Below, piece by piece: positions 1 to 10,702 of a stretch of 64,000 nt of DNA (the first letter of the stretch is position 1; each line of letters begins with the position of its first letter). This DNA is from Eledone cirrhosa (taxonomy: Eukaryota). A program made the translations under genes and the position numbers. Under the pieces are notes generated by a model. That model saw nothing but the letters and a program-made list of their open reading frames with translations. It ran no database searches and was not told where the DNA came from. Where the stretch lies: assembly GCA_964016885.1 (NCBI GenBank), contig OZ024745.1, positions 80,724,001 to 80,788,000 of the forward strand, given 5' to 3'.

Positions 1-1780
1 ACAGTTTCGCATCTCGTTGCACACTCATCGTCCTATAGCATAACAATCTCCATCTTGTTACCTTACCCGACTCACTGGGAAAACAATAAATGGAACTAGA
101 CCTGTCAGCATTTCCAACCATTCGCCAGAATTATGGAATTACCATTTCAACTACTACCCACCTACAGATTCAACTTGCTTTTTTTTCTTTTCAAAGCAAC
201 CAGCCATTTTTTCCTGGCTGTCTAGCACTTCTGGCAATTCATCTGGAAGGCCGACATTTTCTCGCCTACCCATCATCTTCTTGCCAGCTTTGCTATAACA
301 TTTGCCATAACAGCCATATAGCTCTGGTAAAGCATGAACAGCACCATCATTGACAACAGCTACTGGTAAACTACCATAACAGCTTCATCCACAGCTCTGG
401 TACAGCACTTACCATAACAGCTAGCATTTAATGCAAGAACAGCAACTTCGCCCATGTCAGACTTTATCCGTTTTCTGTTAGACTCCTGGTGGTCACGTAT
501 AAATAGTAAAACAGCTAGTCATTTGACACAGCGGCTCAACACGGCCCTTAGCGCCTCATTTTTCTTCTTGCATGCATTCTTTTGTTCAATTTTTTTTTTC
601 ATTGATGTGCTCTTTCAGCATTTTTCCCTGCTGATTCAATAATCTGTATCGTCTTGCGACTAGGAAGGGGGTATTGTAGTGACCTACATTCCGCGGGCTC
701 ATATACATTCTCTGTGCGTTGTTTAGGTAGCCAATCGCCGCCAGCGTAGGAGAGTGTATCTCTACACACGCCCTGAGGGAAAAATTCCCGCGTCAATTCA
801 GAAATCTCTCTCTTGCAGCTTTGACCGTGGAAAGGTAAACAACTATTTTTCTTTCGCCGTGAAATCATTAGCCAATATGTAACACAACAATTTAACCACG
901 GGCCTGGCAAACACTTCAGCCAGTAGACCGTGCCTTCTGAAATCTGCTTCTTGCAGCTTGACCATGCTAAGTAAGCACAAACAACATGTAACGGTGAGAT
1001 TTGAACTTTGGCCTGTCGGCCTTCCTTGGGCCTGGCACAATGCCACATTCCTTTTGTAACCCTTTTATGTTTAACTTCAACTATACAACTATACAACTAA
1101 ACAAACATTACTTTGTGCTACAACAAATAAACATACATTTCATCTCTAATTTCTGCTGTTGACATCATTATTATGTTACTCGTGCCCCATTTACATTTAT
1201 ATACTTCGCTGCTAAAAATGTCGAGGCTGCATTATGTGAGATCTGCCTATTGCTCGCCTATGGCAGACAATAGATATACCCAGGACACTATAGTGAAATA
1301 CCAATATATGGAACATTACATTCATGTAACCTTCTTTCTTTACTTTAATTCATATTCATTTTGAAGTTCCAATGAGCTGCTCCAATTTTACCTAAGTTAA
1401 TTATCTTCAACTGAACCAGATCAATAATGATTTATAATCATTTGATCCAGAAACATTATATGGAGTAGCGAAACAATTGTAAACGGACATTATTAGTATT
1501 AGCATTATTATTCTTTACATTCCTTACATTAAACTAAAAATATGTTGACAATCTTTTAATAATGTCTTCCTTGTGAAATTTGTGGTCTTGTTTTGCTTAA
1601 CTAATGAATATCTCCAGCTCTGTGCACCTAACCTCTGCATGAACCCAGCCACCTAGCTGCCTTCCACAGCATATTGCACATTGAGCACATGCCTTTACGC
1701 TTTGGCTTCTAACGAATTCACCAATCTCTCTTCTCCTCTCCTATCTCCATCTCTCTCTTTAAGATTGGTTACTCTTGAAC

Positions 1781-1827
<47 letters not shown>

Positions 1828-1834
1828 TCTTGAA

Positions 1835-1911
<77 letters not shown>

Positions 1912-1922
1912 TAACAGATTAA

Positions 1923-1973
1923 AGTTTAAGCAAAGAATCGCTGCTTTCACCCTTAACGGGATCTTCTGAAACT
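1923..1973 (-). ncRNA. Degenerate hammerhead ribozyme (U4>A)
   Basis: - strand reads AGTTT CAGAAGA TCCC GTTAA GGGT GAA AGCA gcgattctt TGCT T AAACT. All three stems pair; one core substitution; embedded between (TA)n tracts. Confidence 0.6.
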
Positions 1974-2023
1974 AAAAAAATCAATCTGTGAACGCAGAAG
2001 TAAATATTTCGAAAATCGTTACA

Positions 2024-2067
<44 letters not shown>

Positions 2068-2927
2068 TTAGTGAATTGACCACGGGGGTCACCATTTTAG
2101 TAAATTGGCCATAGGGTTATTTACTCCAGTAAATACCACTACATGCCAACCACTAATTTTATTTGTTTAGAAGATGTAAAAGAAATGGCGATGTAGTAAT
2201 TGAAACATGACGAATACTTCGGAAAAGTGTATCAGTAACGATTTGCATTTATTGAAGTAGCTTGTTACAATTTTGGTAGTGAAACGTACCTCGTGCCATG
2301 ATGTGGTGTAATCCTGAGGTATAGGATACGATTAGAAAAAGTTTAGCATCTGTGCTTGGTGTGGTCAGTTCTAGAGCCGTTGGTGAAAAAGAGGTAGATT
2401 GTCCTTTGCTCCTTCTTTTATAATCTCTGAAACGGAAGTTCAAGGAGTATTCTAGAAATTCTACGGGAAGTAACTTTGGCTACTTCCCTTTGTCTAGAGA
2501 GCGCTATATATATATATATATATATACATATACACACTAAATATACATATATACATACACACAGATAGCGACGTCATAATGTCGTAATGCAGACAGCCAG
2601 ACATACAGCCAGATATTATAAGGACTCAACGTTATATCTATGTATCTATCTAAAAAGAAAGACTAAGAATTATAGAGAGAGATTGCTAAATCGCCTAATG
2701 CAGTCCTAGAGCATTGAAAATTTGAAATAATTGTTTGCTCAAAACACTCACAGGACCATAAGTATTACATGTGTAAAGTTTGAAAACAATCGGATGGGTG
2801 GTTCTCGAGTTTTAGGGAGTCAGACAGACATTCTGTTTTAGATATATAGATATGTGTGCGTGTGCATACCATTTTTAAAAATCCATTTGACGGTTATTTT
2901 CTGTTCCATTCAAATCTCATTAATTTA

Positions 2928-2995
<68 letters not shown>

Positions 2996-3130
2996 TATAG
3001 GATTATCCTAGATGTAGTAATGGTTTATTACTACACTGGATATGGTTGACGTACGGTGAGAGGTTACTCTACGAGTTATGGAAGAATTGTTGAAGAAACT
3101 TAGTTCCTGATCCTTCTGTATTCCGGAGTG

Positions 3131-5201
3131 TATATAAAGAATGAATAATAACAGGTAGACATCATAAAAAGGTCATTTATTCCGTGTGCTTACAAATGTT
3201 TCCACGGTGGTACTACAGCCTAGTTATGCTATGTGGAAATTTACAACTATTTGAAGAACTCAAATATCCAATGCTGTGACCACTGTATCCTCAGAGCAGA
3301 ATGGTTAAAATGTACAATGTAAATACCCTTAAGTGGGGTTGTTGGAGAAGATAGAGTAGAAAAGGAAGAGAGAAAAGTAGGGGAGAGGGAGAGAGAGAAA
3401 GATATGCAGGTGTTGGAGAAATAGGAGAGAGTGGTTTGTAGATATCTTAATCAAAATGTTATGGTAGGGGTTTTATTATACTGGTTACTTTAGGAGAGAT
3501 GCGTTGATAGTTAAGGTCGGAATTATTTATTGCCCCAGAGGGCAGGTTCATAGATGTGGAGAGGGACGGAGGTAGGCCAAAGGCGAGAGAGAGAGAGAGA
3601 GAGAGAGTAATGGATGTAGAGAGAGAGAGAGAGATAGAGAGGGGACCGACGAAGTCTATGTGGTGAGTGAACTTTGGGTTCGTAGTAGTAATCTGCGAAT
3701 TGCACTGAGTTACCATTTATAGTGATAAGCAGTGTATTGTCTTGTAGTGTGGGGGAAGAGAAGGTGGTTAGCTAGAAAGCGATGTTATAGTTACGGGTTC
3801 GAATGTTAAGTTATTTTATAGTGAGAGAATTTAGCTTTTAGTTCGTGGTTGCCGTATAATGATCGTTCAATTCTAACGTTAAGTAGTTTGTTTTTGGATT
3901 TTAATATGTAAAAGAGTTCAAGGTTACATAACCTACAGTACTTCAATCCACTCAGATATGCACTTGCGCTGGAAAGTATATCCCATTTTAAGGTGAACTG
4001 TTGGTTGCGTTCACGGAGTTGCCAGGTCTTGTTGGCGAGCGTGGTCACAAAACGGTGATTAGGATGTTTGATTGAGAATCGATGACGGTACCAGCGAGAT
4101 TTAAACGAGGTGGTGGTAGACCCGATATAATACCATTTCTGGTCGTTCGATTCAACCGTGCATTGGTAAACAATGTTGGACTTTAGGCATTCATTCTTCA
4201 ATGGACATCTTTCAGGTAGATGGCAGTTACATTCTTTGTTGTGGGTAGCGGGTATACCATGGATAGGTTGTGATAGCAGTACAGGTGGATTGTGTAATAC
4301 CCGTCTCCCATTTAGTGGTTGGGAAGCAGATATTACGTTCTGCCCATCTGTTACTAAAATATTTTGTTTTGTAGTGTTGTTTAATTGCTTTAAGTTAAGT
4401 TTTTTTTATGTATGCTTCAAGGTTTGGTGCCGTGGTGTATGATAGTCTAATAGTTTTAGAGTTCAGAATTTTGCTGTATTTATGGGAACTAGGGAAATGT
4501 TTGTTGATTAACTTAAAGAATGAAAGAGATAGTTTTGTACTAATCGAGGCATTAAAAATAGGATTATACCAGATATACTTTCTACAACGTGATTTATTTG
4601 GTGGTGATTTTCTATTATTAGTATGTCTGGTGGTACCGTGTGTGTGCGCTTGTATTTTAGTCCCCCAGTTACGTATTCCTTGATTTCGTGTAGAGCTATG
4701 TGTGTTATGGAGATTCCTATCAATGTATTCTATTGTATCCCGGTGGTCGGCATTCCTTAATGCATTATTATAGTATTCAGCGTGTTCACTAAAAATATCA
4801 GAGTTAGACGATAGACGAGACATTCTAAGAGAAATACTCCGGGGAACTGATTTGATCATGGAGAGTGGGTGGTTTGAGTTAAATTTAATATACGTAAGGT
4901 TCTCATTCATCTTGTGGAAGGGTCGTATCTGTCCGGTATTTAAATTAAGAGTTACGTCCAGAAAGTTTACTACTTTAAGATTGTATTCGTATGTTATTTT
5001 TTAATATTTTTCCGTAGCCTTTCAAGATTTTGGTTAATAAGAGCCCGTCATCTCTGCATATCCCCCCCCCCCCCCCTGTAGATTACTAAATTTACTATGT
5101 AGTATGTGGGCTATGTAAATTCCCACAAGATCCGTGACCTCCGCTGAGTCGTTGGAACCCATGGTAATGTCTTTATGGTGTCTACCTGTTATTATTCATT
5201 C

Positions 5202-5210
<9 letters not shown>
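3131..5210 (-). mobile_element. Penelope-like retroelement (Naiad-like), 5'-truncated and frameshifted
   Basis: RT remnants (ITMGS..SAEV.DLVG, FLDV), thumb (SNHP..MIKSVP), IWYNP..LINKHFP, linker CNC..RCPL..EC and GIY-YIG endonuclease (NIVYQC..YYIGST..FKSRW..H; CRLC). Hammerhead in the 3' pseudo-LTR; inverted copy of the 3' end at the 5' truncation. Confidence 0.88.
3187..3298 (-). ncRNA. Type I hammerhead ribozyme with extended stem/loop II
   Basis: - strand reads TGCT CTGAGGA TACAGTGGT..(~65 nt)..ACCACCGTG GAAAC ATTT GTA AGCA: stem I TGCT/AGCA, intact core, GUA cleavage triplet. Confidence 0.8.
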
Positions 5211-5240
<30 letters not shown>

Positions 5241-5248
5241 GTGTGTGT

Positions 5249-5279
<31 letters not shown>

Positions 5280-5659
5280 CAAGCGTAAGTGAACGTCTCT
5301 CTCTCTGTATCTGTGTGTGTATGCGTGTATCAGTGTGTTTATAGCAACCAGTTTGTTTATATAAAAACAGCTGGGCGTTGTTCCAAGGTTCACCTAAAAG
5401 GTTAAAGCTAATATACATATTCACAGACACAGTCAAGGCTATTATTATTCATTCATATTACAGGGCCATTATGTCTCACTACTTCTTTTCCTCTCAACAC
5501 TATCATGCCCAACAACAGCTTGTAAAACTAGTTACCAGCTATCTTTAAAACAAAGAAAAATTATCGTTTGCTTCTCGGGAAGTATTCTCTGAGGAGATTT
5601 ATATATTTATATATTTATTTCTCATGGTACAGGCTATGATATTGTAAGTCTAAAATATG

Positions 5660-5920
5660 TCTCAAGCCAGGGGTCTCATTAGGTCAGTGCTTATCCCGTT
5701 TTCCTTGGCGTTAAGCGACTGAGAATATAAGAGAGCCCTTCGACAGGACAGCAGTCCATCGGAGAGTAAAATTAAGCCCTCAGCTACAGCTGGTATTTTA
5801 ACTGAGTATACTGGATCAACGTGAAATGAAGTGTATTGCTCAAGAACTAAACACACAACCCTGTCGAGGAATCGAACCTACGGGCATTATGATCGTAAGT
5901 CCAACACCCTAACCACTATC
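5660..5920 (-). mobile_element. Second tRNA-derived SINE family; other copies at about 22260-22520, 41110-41300 and 49500-49620
   Basis: Head tagtggttagggtgttggact..ggttcgattcct followed by a shared body. Confidence 0.7.
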
Positions 5921-6469
5921 ATTCATGCTTGCTTTTTTCAGGACATTATCAACACATATGAGGTGAGTGGGTGCGTTCGGGTGGTCTTTTTGAAAAATAA
6001 AAAATAAATAAAAAGTGCCGGACTACATAAATGTCAAAAAATGTTTAAATTCGTTCTCTATCCAAAACTGAAATTTTGACAAATTTATGTTTCTGCTAAC
6101 GACAATGCATATTCCTTGCAATACGTTCAAGGTTATATATAGCAAGATGTGGGTGGTTGTGCACTTCAGTGTGTATTTGTCATGATTGAGGCTAAACGGG
6201 GAGGGGGCAGGATAAGAGAGAGGTAAAATAGTAGTACCAATTAAAAATAAATTTCTGTTAGTTTTTTTTCTTAGATTTTTTTCTTTCTTTTGATAGTAAT
6301 ATAAAGACAGCGACTAAGAGAGCTGTTAGAACGTCGGATAGAATACTCTGAAGTGTTAGTTACAATCCTCTGCGCTCTGAGTTCAAATTCCGCCGAGGTC
6401 AACTTTGCCTTTTTATCTTTTCGAGGTCGATAAATAAAAATACCAGTATTGGAGTCAATCACCCACTCA

Positions 6470-6563
<94 letters not shown>

Positions 6564-8078
6564 CGGTACCATCCAGTTCCGGGCTCCAAAACCATTGGTT
6601 TCACTCTGAGATGCGTTCGGCGCGGCGGCGATCTGGCCTGCCCCTCCTCATAACGGTGCCATCCAGTTCCACACTGTTAATGTGGTTGGTGTTAGGAAGG
6701 ACATCCAGCTGTAAAATCACCGACCAAATTTACAGTCCTGTCGGAGCAAGGTACGGCGTGGCCAATCTGACCAGACTTGTCTTGTCTCCCGACAATCTGA
6801 CCAGACTTGTAACCTATGCAAGCATGGAAAATGGACACTAAACGGTGATGATGATATAGATATATATCCTTTAGAAGAAATCTGTTGTGTTCGGTCAGAT
6901 TTCTAGAGTAGATTAATTCCGCCAAGAAACTCCGTACGACACTACGGTGTCATTTCGACTCAAGCAGGAGTTATGGATCCATACATAATATAACGACAGG
7001 ATCTCTTTTACGACAAGGTCTGGAGTTTTCAAAATGTATTTTAATACAGGGGGGGGGGGGGCTCCTTGCCAGCTATTTTGACCCTTTTATAAAATAGATA
7101 TCCATTGAAAATAGACACCAAAATTGTCCATGTTATATTTCCACAAGCACATTCACTGAAACTAGAAGGGTCTGGTTTTGTCTGAGCTTTACAAGATTCT
7201 GTGGAAATGCTCACTTCAGGGCAGAGTTGGTCACCCGCAGGAGCGAGTCCCATTAGTTGGAATGTTATTCCTCCTCGTCCCTCTCACCATTCTCCGGGGC
7301 AATGTTTTCTCCATTCTGTTATCCGCTGGGACCACGAAGCAGCCTGCGCATGGGCTCCCACATACCAAAGAATGCTCTCCCACTCCGTCTGGGCCCGCAT
7401 CACTGGAATAGCAATGCTGGGTTGTACCGTTATTTGTTGACCAAAAGAATTCAAGCAGCCGAAATGGGGTTCCTCCGAGGGGTCTTTGGAATAACGTTAC
7501 ACAACAGGGTGTGCCCGGAGATCAAAAAGTCGCTCTAGGTAGAGCCACTACTTCTCTAAATTGAGAGATTACAGTTCCGACATGTGGTTAGAATATCTTA
7601 AGAAAGAATCGATAGAATTTACGTACGTTTCGCGGATGATTGATTCAAGGTCCATTGGATGTGATAGAAGAAAAGTGAAAGTTTGTTGTATTTAACTATG
7701 TATATATATGTATGTGTGTGTATGTTTAACTTTAAAAACACATACTTAAATGCAGTCTGAGTTCAAATCCCTCCGAGGTTAACTTTGTCTTTCATCTCTA
7801 TTGGGTTGATAAAATAAAGTACCAATAATGCGCTGGGATAATTTCTGGCCTTGTGCTAAAAGTAGAAACAATTATTTAATCGATGTTCGTTCAATAAATC
7901 TGTTGTAAGTTTAAAAAATACTATCATTTCATTTCACTGTATCTGTGACGGGGGTGTTCCAGAAATTTACTGTTCCTTATTTTATTGAGCCTTCTCCATT
8001 CCCACCCCACTCATCGACCATCCTCGGGGAATGAATAACATTGTTGGCCCTGGCAAAAATTGAAATGAGTTTGTAATG

Positions 8079-8423
8079 CAGCGGTCTCAAACTCAATGAC
8101 TCAAAAGGGCCATTACGTCCTGAGGAAGAGACACAGCAAGCCAAAAGTGAAATGGGGGTGGGTGTGAGTTCCGCCAGTTATAATGCTAATCTGTAATACA
8201 GTTGGTAAGCTACTAATTATTTCCACCATCAAAATTAATATATGGGATATGTGAATTAGTAGAAAATGTAGGGGGACAAAGTTTCCGTTTCCAATTTTCC
8301 CCGATTCCGTTATTTTAGTAAATTTCTATTATAAATATTATTAAAACATGACAAATTATAACAAATTTTAGGAAATTATTGGTCACGAAAATTGTGCCGC
8401 GAGCCACGTGTTTGAGACATCTG
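8079..8423. mobile_element. hAT-like MITE
   Basis: Termini cagcggtctcaaac / gtttgagacatctg; related pieces at about 42610-42885 and 54080-54155. Confidence 0.6.
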
Positions 8424-9060
8424 GTGTAAAAGCACAGTAACAACTGATCTAACGCAGGACATATTCTCTCACATTCTACTCCTGTCATTTACCTCCATAA
8501 GTTTCTTTAATGCTCCACGCACGCGCGCGCCCGCGCACACACACACGCACACAAAAAAGCTGACTGACAAAATCTGAGCTATCAAAGCAATCAACATAAT
8601 ATGATGAATAGCTTGTCAAACCAGATAGTGTAACGTGTAATAAATTGCCAGATTTGTCAAACATACCGTGTATAATAAGGCTATTATTTAAACACTGAAT
8701 GAAATATAACCTTTCACCTTAAAAAACAATAACAACAACTATGGTCTTTTGAAAACTTGCCAATATCTAAAAAACAACAGATAAGCAAAATTGGTAAACA
8801 AAATAGAGTAGTTTGTGGTATTCAGTTTTCATCCTTTACATTCTGAGTTCAAATTCCGCTGAATTAACCATTAGCTTTTATCCTTTTATGGTTAAGATTA
8901 AAAACCAATACATTGGGATTGTTATAAACGACTTTAACCCTCTCCCCAAATTCATAGTTATAAATCATTATATACATATCAGTTTTTGTAAAAAAAATGA
9001 ATTATGTAGACATAAAATAAAATAAAAATGGGACCAGTTTTGATGGAGTCACCCGATATG

Positions 9061-9580
9061 TACAGGGTAACTAAAAAAAAACCGGCACCATTTTTGTTTT
9101 TCTCGGCATAATACATTTTTTGAGATAACTGAGAAAATCCGAATATATTTAATCCAAACAATTAAAAACAAAACATCAAAACTTCACTATCGTTTGTTGT
9201 TTCTGTCCAGAGTTACAACACATGTCCCAAGAGATTCCCATTTGAATCCATGCATTTTTTAAGCGCATGGTAAAGTCTAGCATAGGGTATTTACAAACAG
9301 ACATAGGGATAGCACTGATCTCCTCCCTGACGTTTTCCTTTAGTTCAGTGATGGTCCTGTGTTCGTTGACATATACTCTATCTTTCAGATAGCCCCAAAG
9401 AAAGAAATCTGGCAGCTATAAAGGCTGTAAACTTATCACACAATTTTCTAAGTTATTTTTTAGTAATTCTCGCAACTGATTAGAGGTATGAGGGCTTACT
9501 CTGTCTGGCTGGAACTAGAAATTCTTCGTTAGGGATGGGTATGAAGCGAATCTAAGTAGAAAGAATTGAACTATTATTCC
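9061..9580 (-). mobile_element. Tc1/mariner transposon remnant
   Basis: - strand encodes PDFFLWGYLKDRVYVNEHRTITELKENVREEI; terminus TA|CAGGGT at 9061. Confidence 0.75.
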
Positions 9581-9961
9581 TCTGGTTGGTGAAATAAATC
9601 ATGCGACCACTCATGCCGACCTTTGGCCTCATAGATAAACGATTTCCTTCGTTTTGTTTTGGGGGTTCACGTAGCCAAAGTTTTCTTGAGGCGACCTACT
9701 TACTGTCAACGACACAGAATTCTCATAAACAGTCTGCTTTCTGCTATCTAGCGGTCAGTTCGGTTCAGTTCACAATAGAGATCAGAACGATGTAGTTTAC
9801 CAACAGAATGTTTCAAAAGTGAAGAATGGTCTGACTTATTCTTCAGTTTTGAAACTGCAGTAAGTGAACTTAGTGAAGCCTCCTATCTTTAGGTTGCTTG
9901 ACTGAGAATATGTCCATAGGAAAATATGCTTCTGAATAAGATGTTCTATATGTATATGAAT

Positions 9962-10155
9962 ATAGGAAAAAGTATGACCCCGACGGCAGAGCTCAAGCCG
10001 TTTCGACGGCTATTTCTGTTCAGAAGTAGCCGTCGAAACGGCTTGAGCTCTGTCGTCGGGGTCATACTTTTTCCTATTACCCACTCTACTACCCTAAGTA
10101 TTGAGTACTTTGGTGCGTTATGGTCCATCTGGTTCCTTACCACAATTCCTTCGTT
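9962..10155 (+). repeat. Hairpin-headed ~190-bp repeat, copy 1
   Basis: 57-bp palindromic arms (9962-10018/10021-10077) plus a unique ~75-bp tail; homologous to 17860-18056 and 63161-63296. Confidence 0.9.
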
Positions 10156-10285
10156 GTATATGAATATATATATATAACGGGGGAAAGAGAGAGCGAGAGA
10201 GAGAGAGAGTAACTCATGCAAAGTTACCAACAGGTAGAGTACTAGTAAAGGCAACTAATACAATAAAACTTCACTCACATCTAGT

Positions 10286-10376
10286 CCGTAACTGCAGTTT
10301 CTAGAATCAAGAAACAATATTGACCGTCTTAATAATTCAAGACAAGCAATACAAGAAGAAGATTCTGTCATCAGGG
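10286..10376 (-). ncRNA. Hammerhead ribozyme motif with long loop II and palindromic stem III
   Basis: - strand reads CC CTGATGA C AGAATC..(~50 nt)..GATTCT A GAAAC TGCA GTT; stem I is only partly recoverable. Confidence 0.6.
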
Positions 10377-10702
10377 TGTTTAAGGGGAAAGTATAAAACC
10401 ACAAACAATATCTACCTGTGAGTAAACGGAGTTTATCCTTACTAATCCAGCGTGGTGTATAGATCGACTAAGTAAATATCTGTACATCAAGAACAATACA
10501 ATTAACGCTAGAAATAGCACTGATAAAACTCGTCCAGCAACTTAACAATTAAGGTGTAATAAATATCGCACAAGGTAATTTGCGACTAATATACTGAACA
10601 TCTCAATGAAAAGATAGCCAACATATATCCAAATATCCAAACCAGAGAAGCATGTAAATATTGAATAACTTATGCAAAGTTACCGACGGGTAGAGTACTA
10701 GT

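Noticed and set aside
1-40. - strand CGATGA..GCGAAACTGT hammerhead-like motif
   Set aside because: Lacks U4 and is cut by the window edge; cannot be evaluated.
290-450. Recurring ccataacagc units as a CRISPR-like array
   Set aside because: Irregular degenerate minisatellite in eukaryotic DNA; no constant repeat-spacer period and no cas genes.
599-1096. 165-aa ORF
   Set aside because: No recognisable domain, non-ATG start and no splice support.
2200-2300. CATGACGA..GAAACGTACCTCGT as a hammerhead
   Set aside because: The core is altered and no stem I can be formed.
3806-4240. Possible selenocysteine-encoding Naiad element
   Set aside because: The conserved Cys positions (CNC..CPL..C, CRLC) are TGT/TGC codons; no in-frame TGA was seen there.
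9946-10254. Repeated ORFs ([17 protein letters not shown]..; also at 17891 and 63057)
   Set aside because: Translations of a non-coding palindromic repeat bounded by microsatellites.
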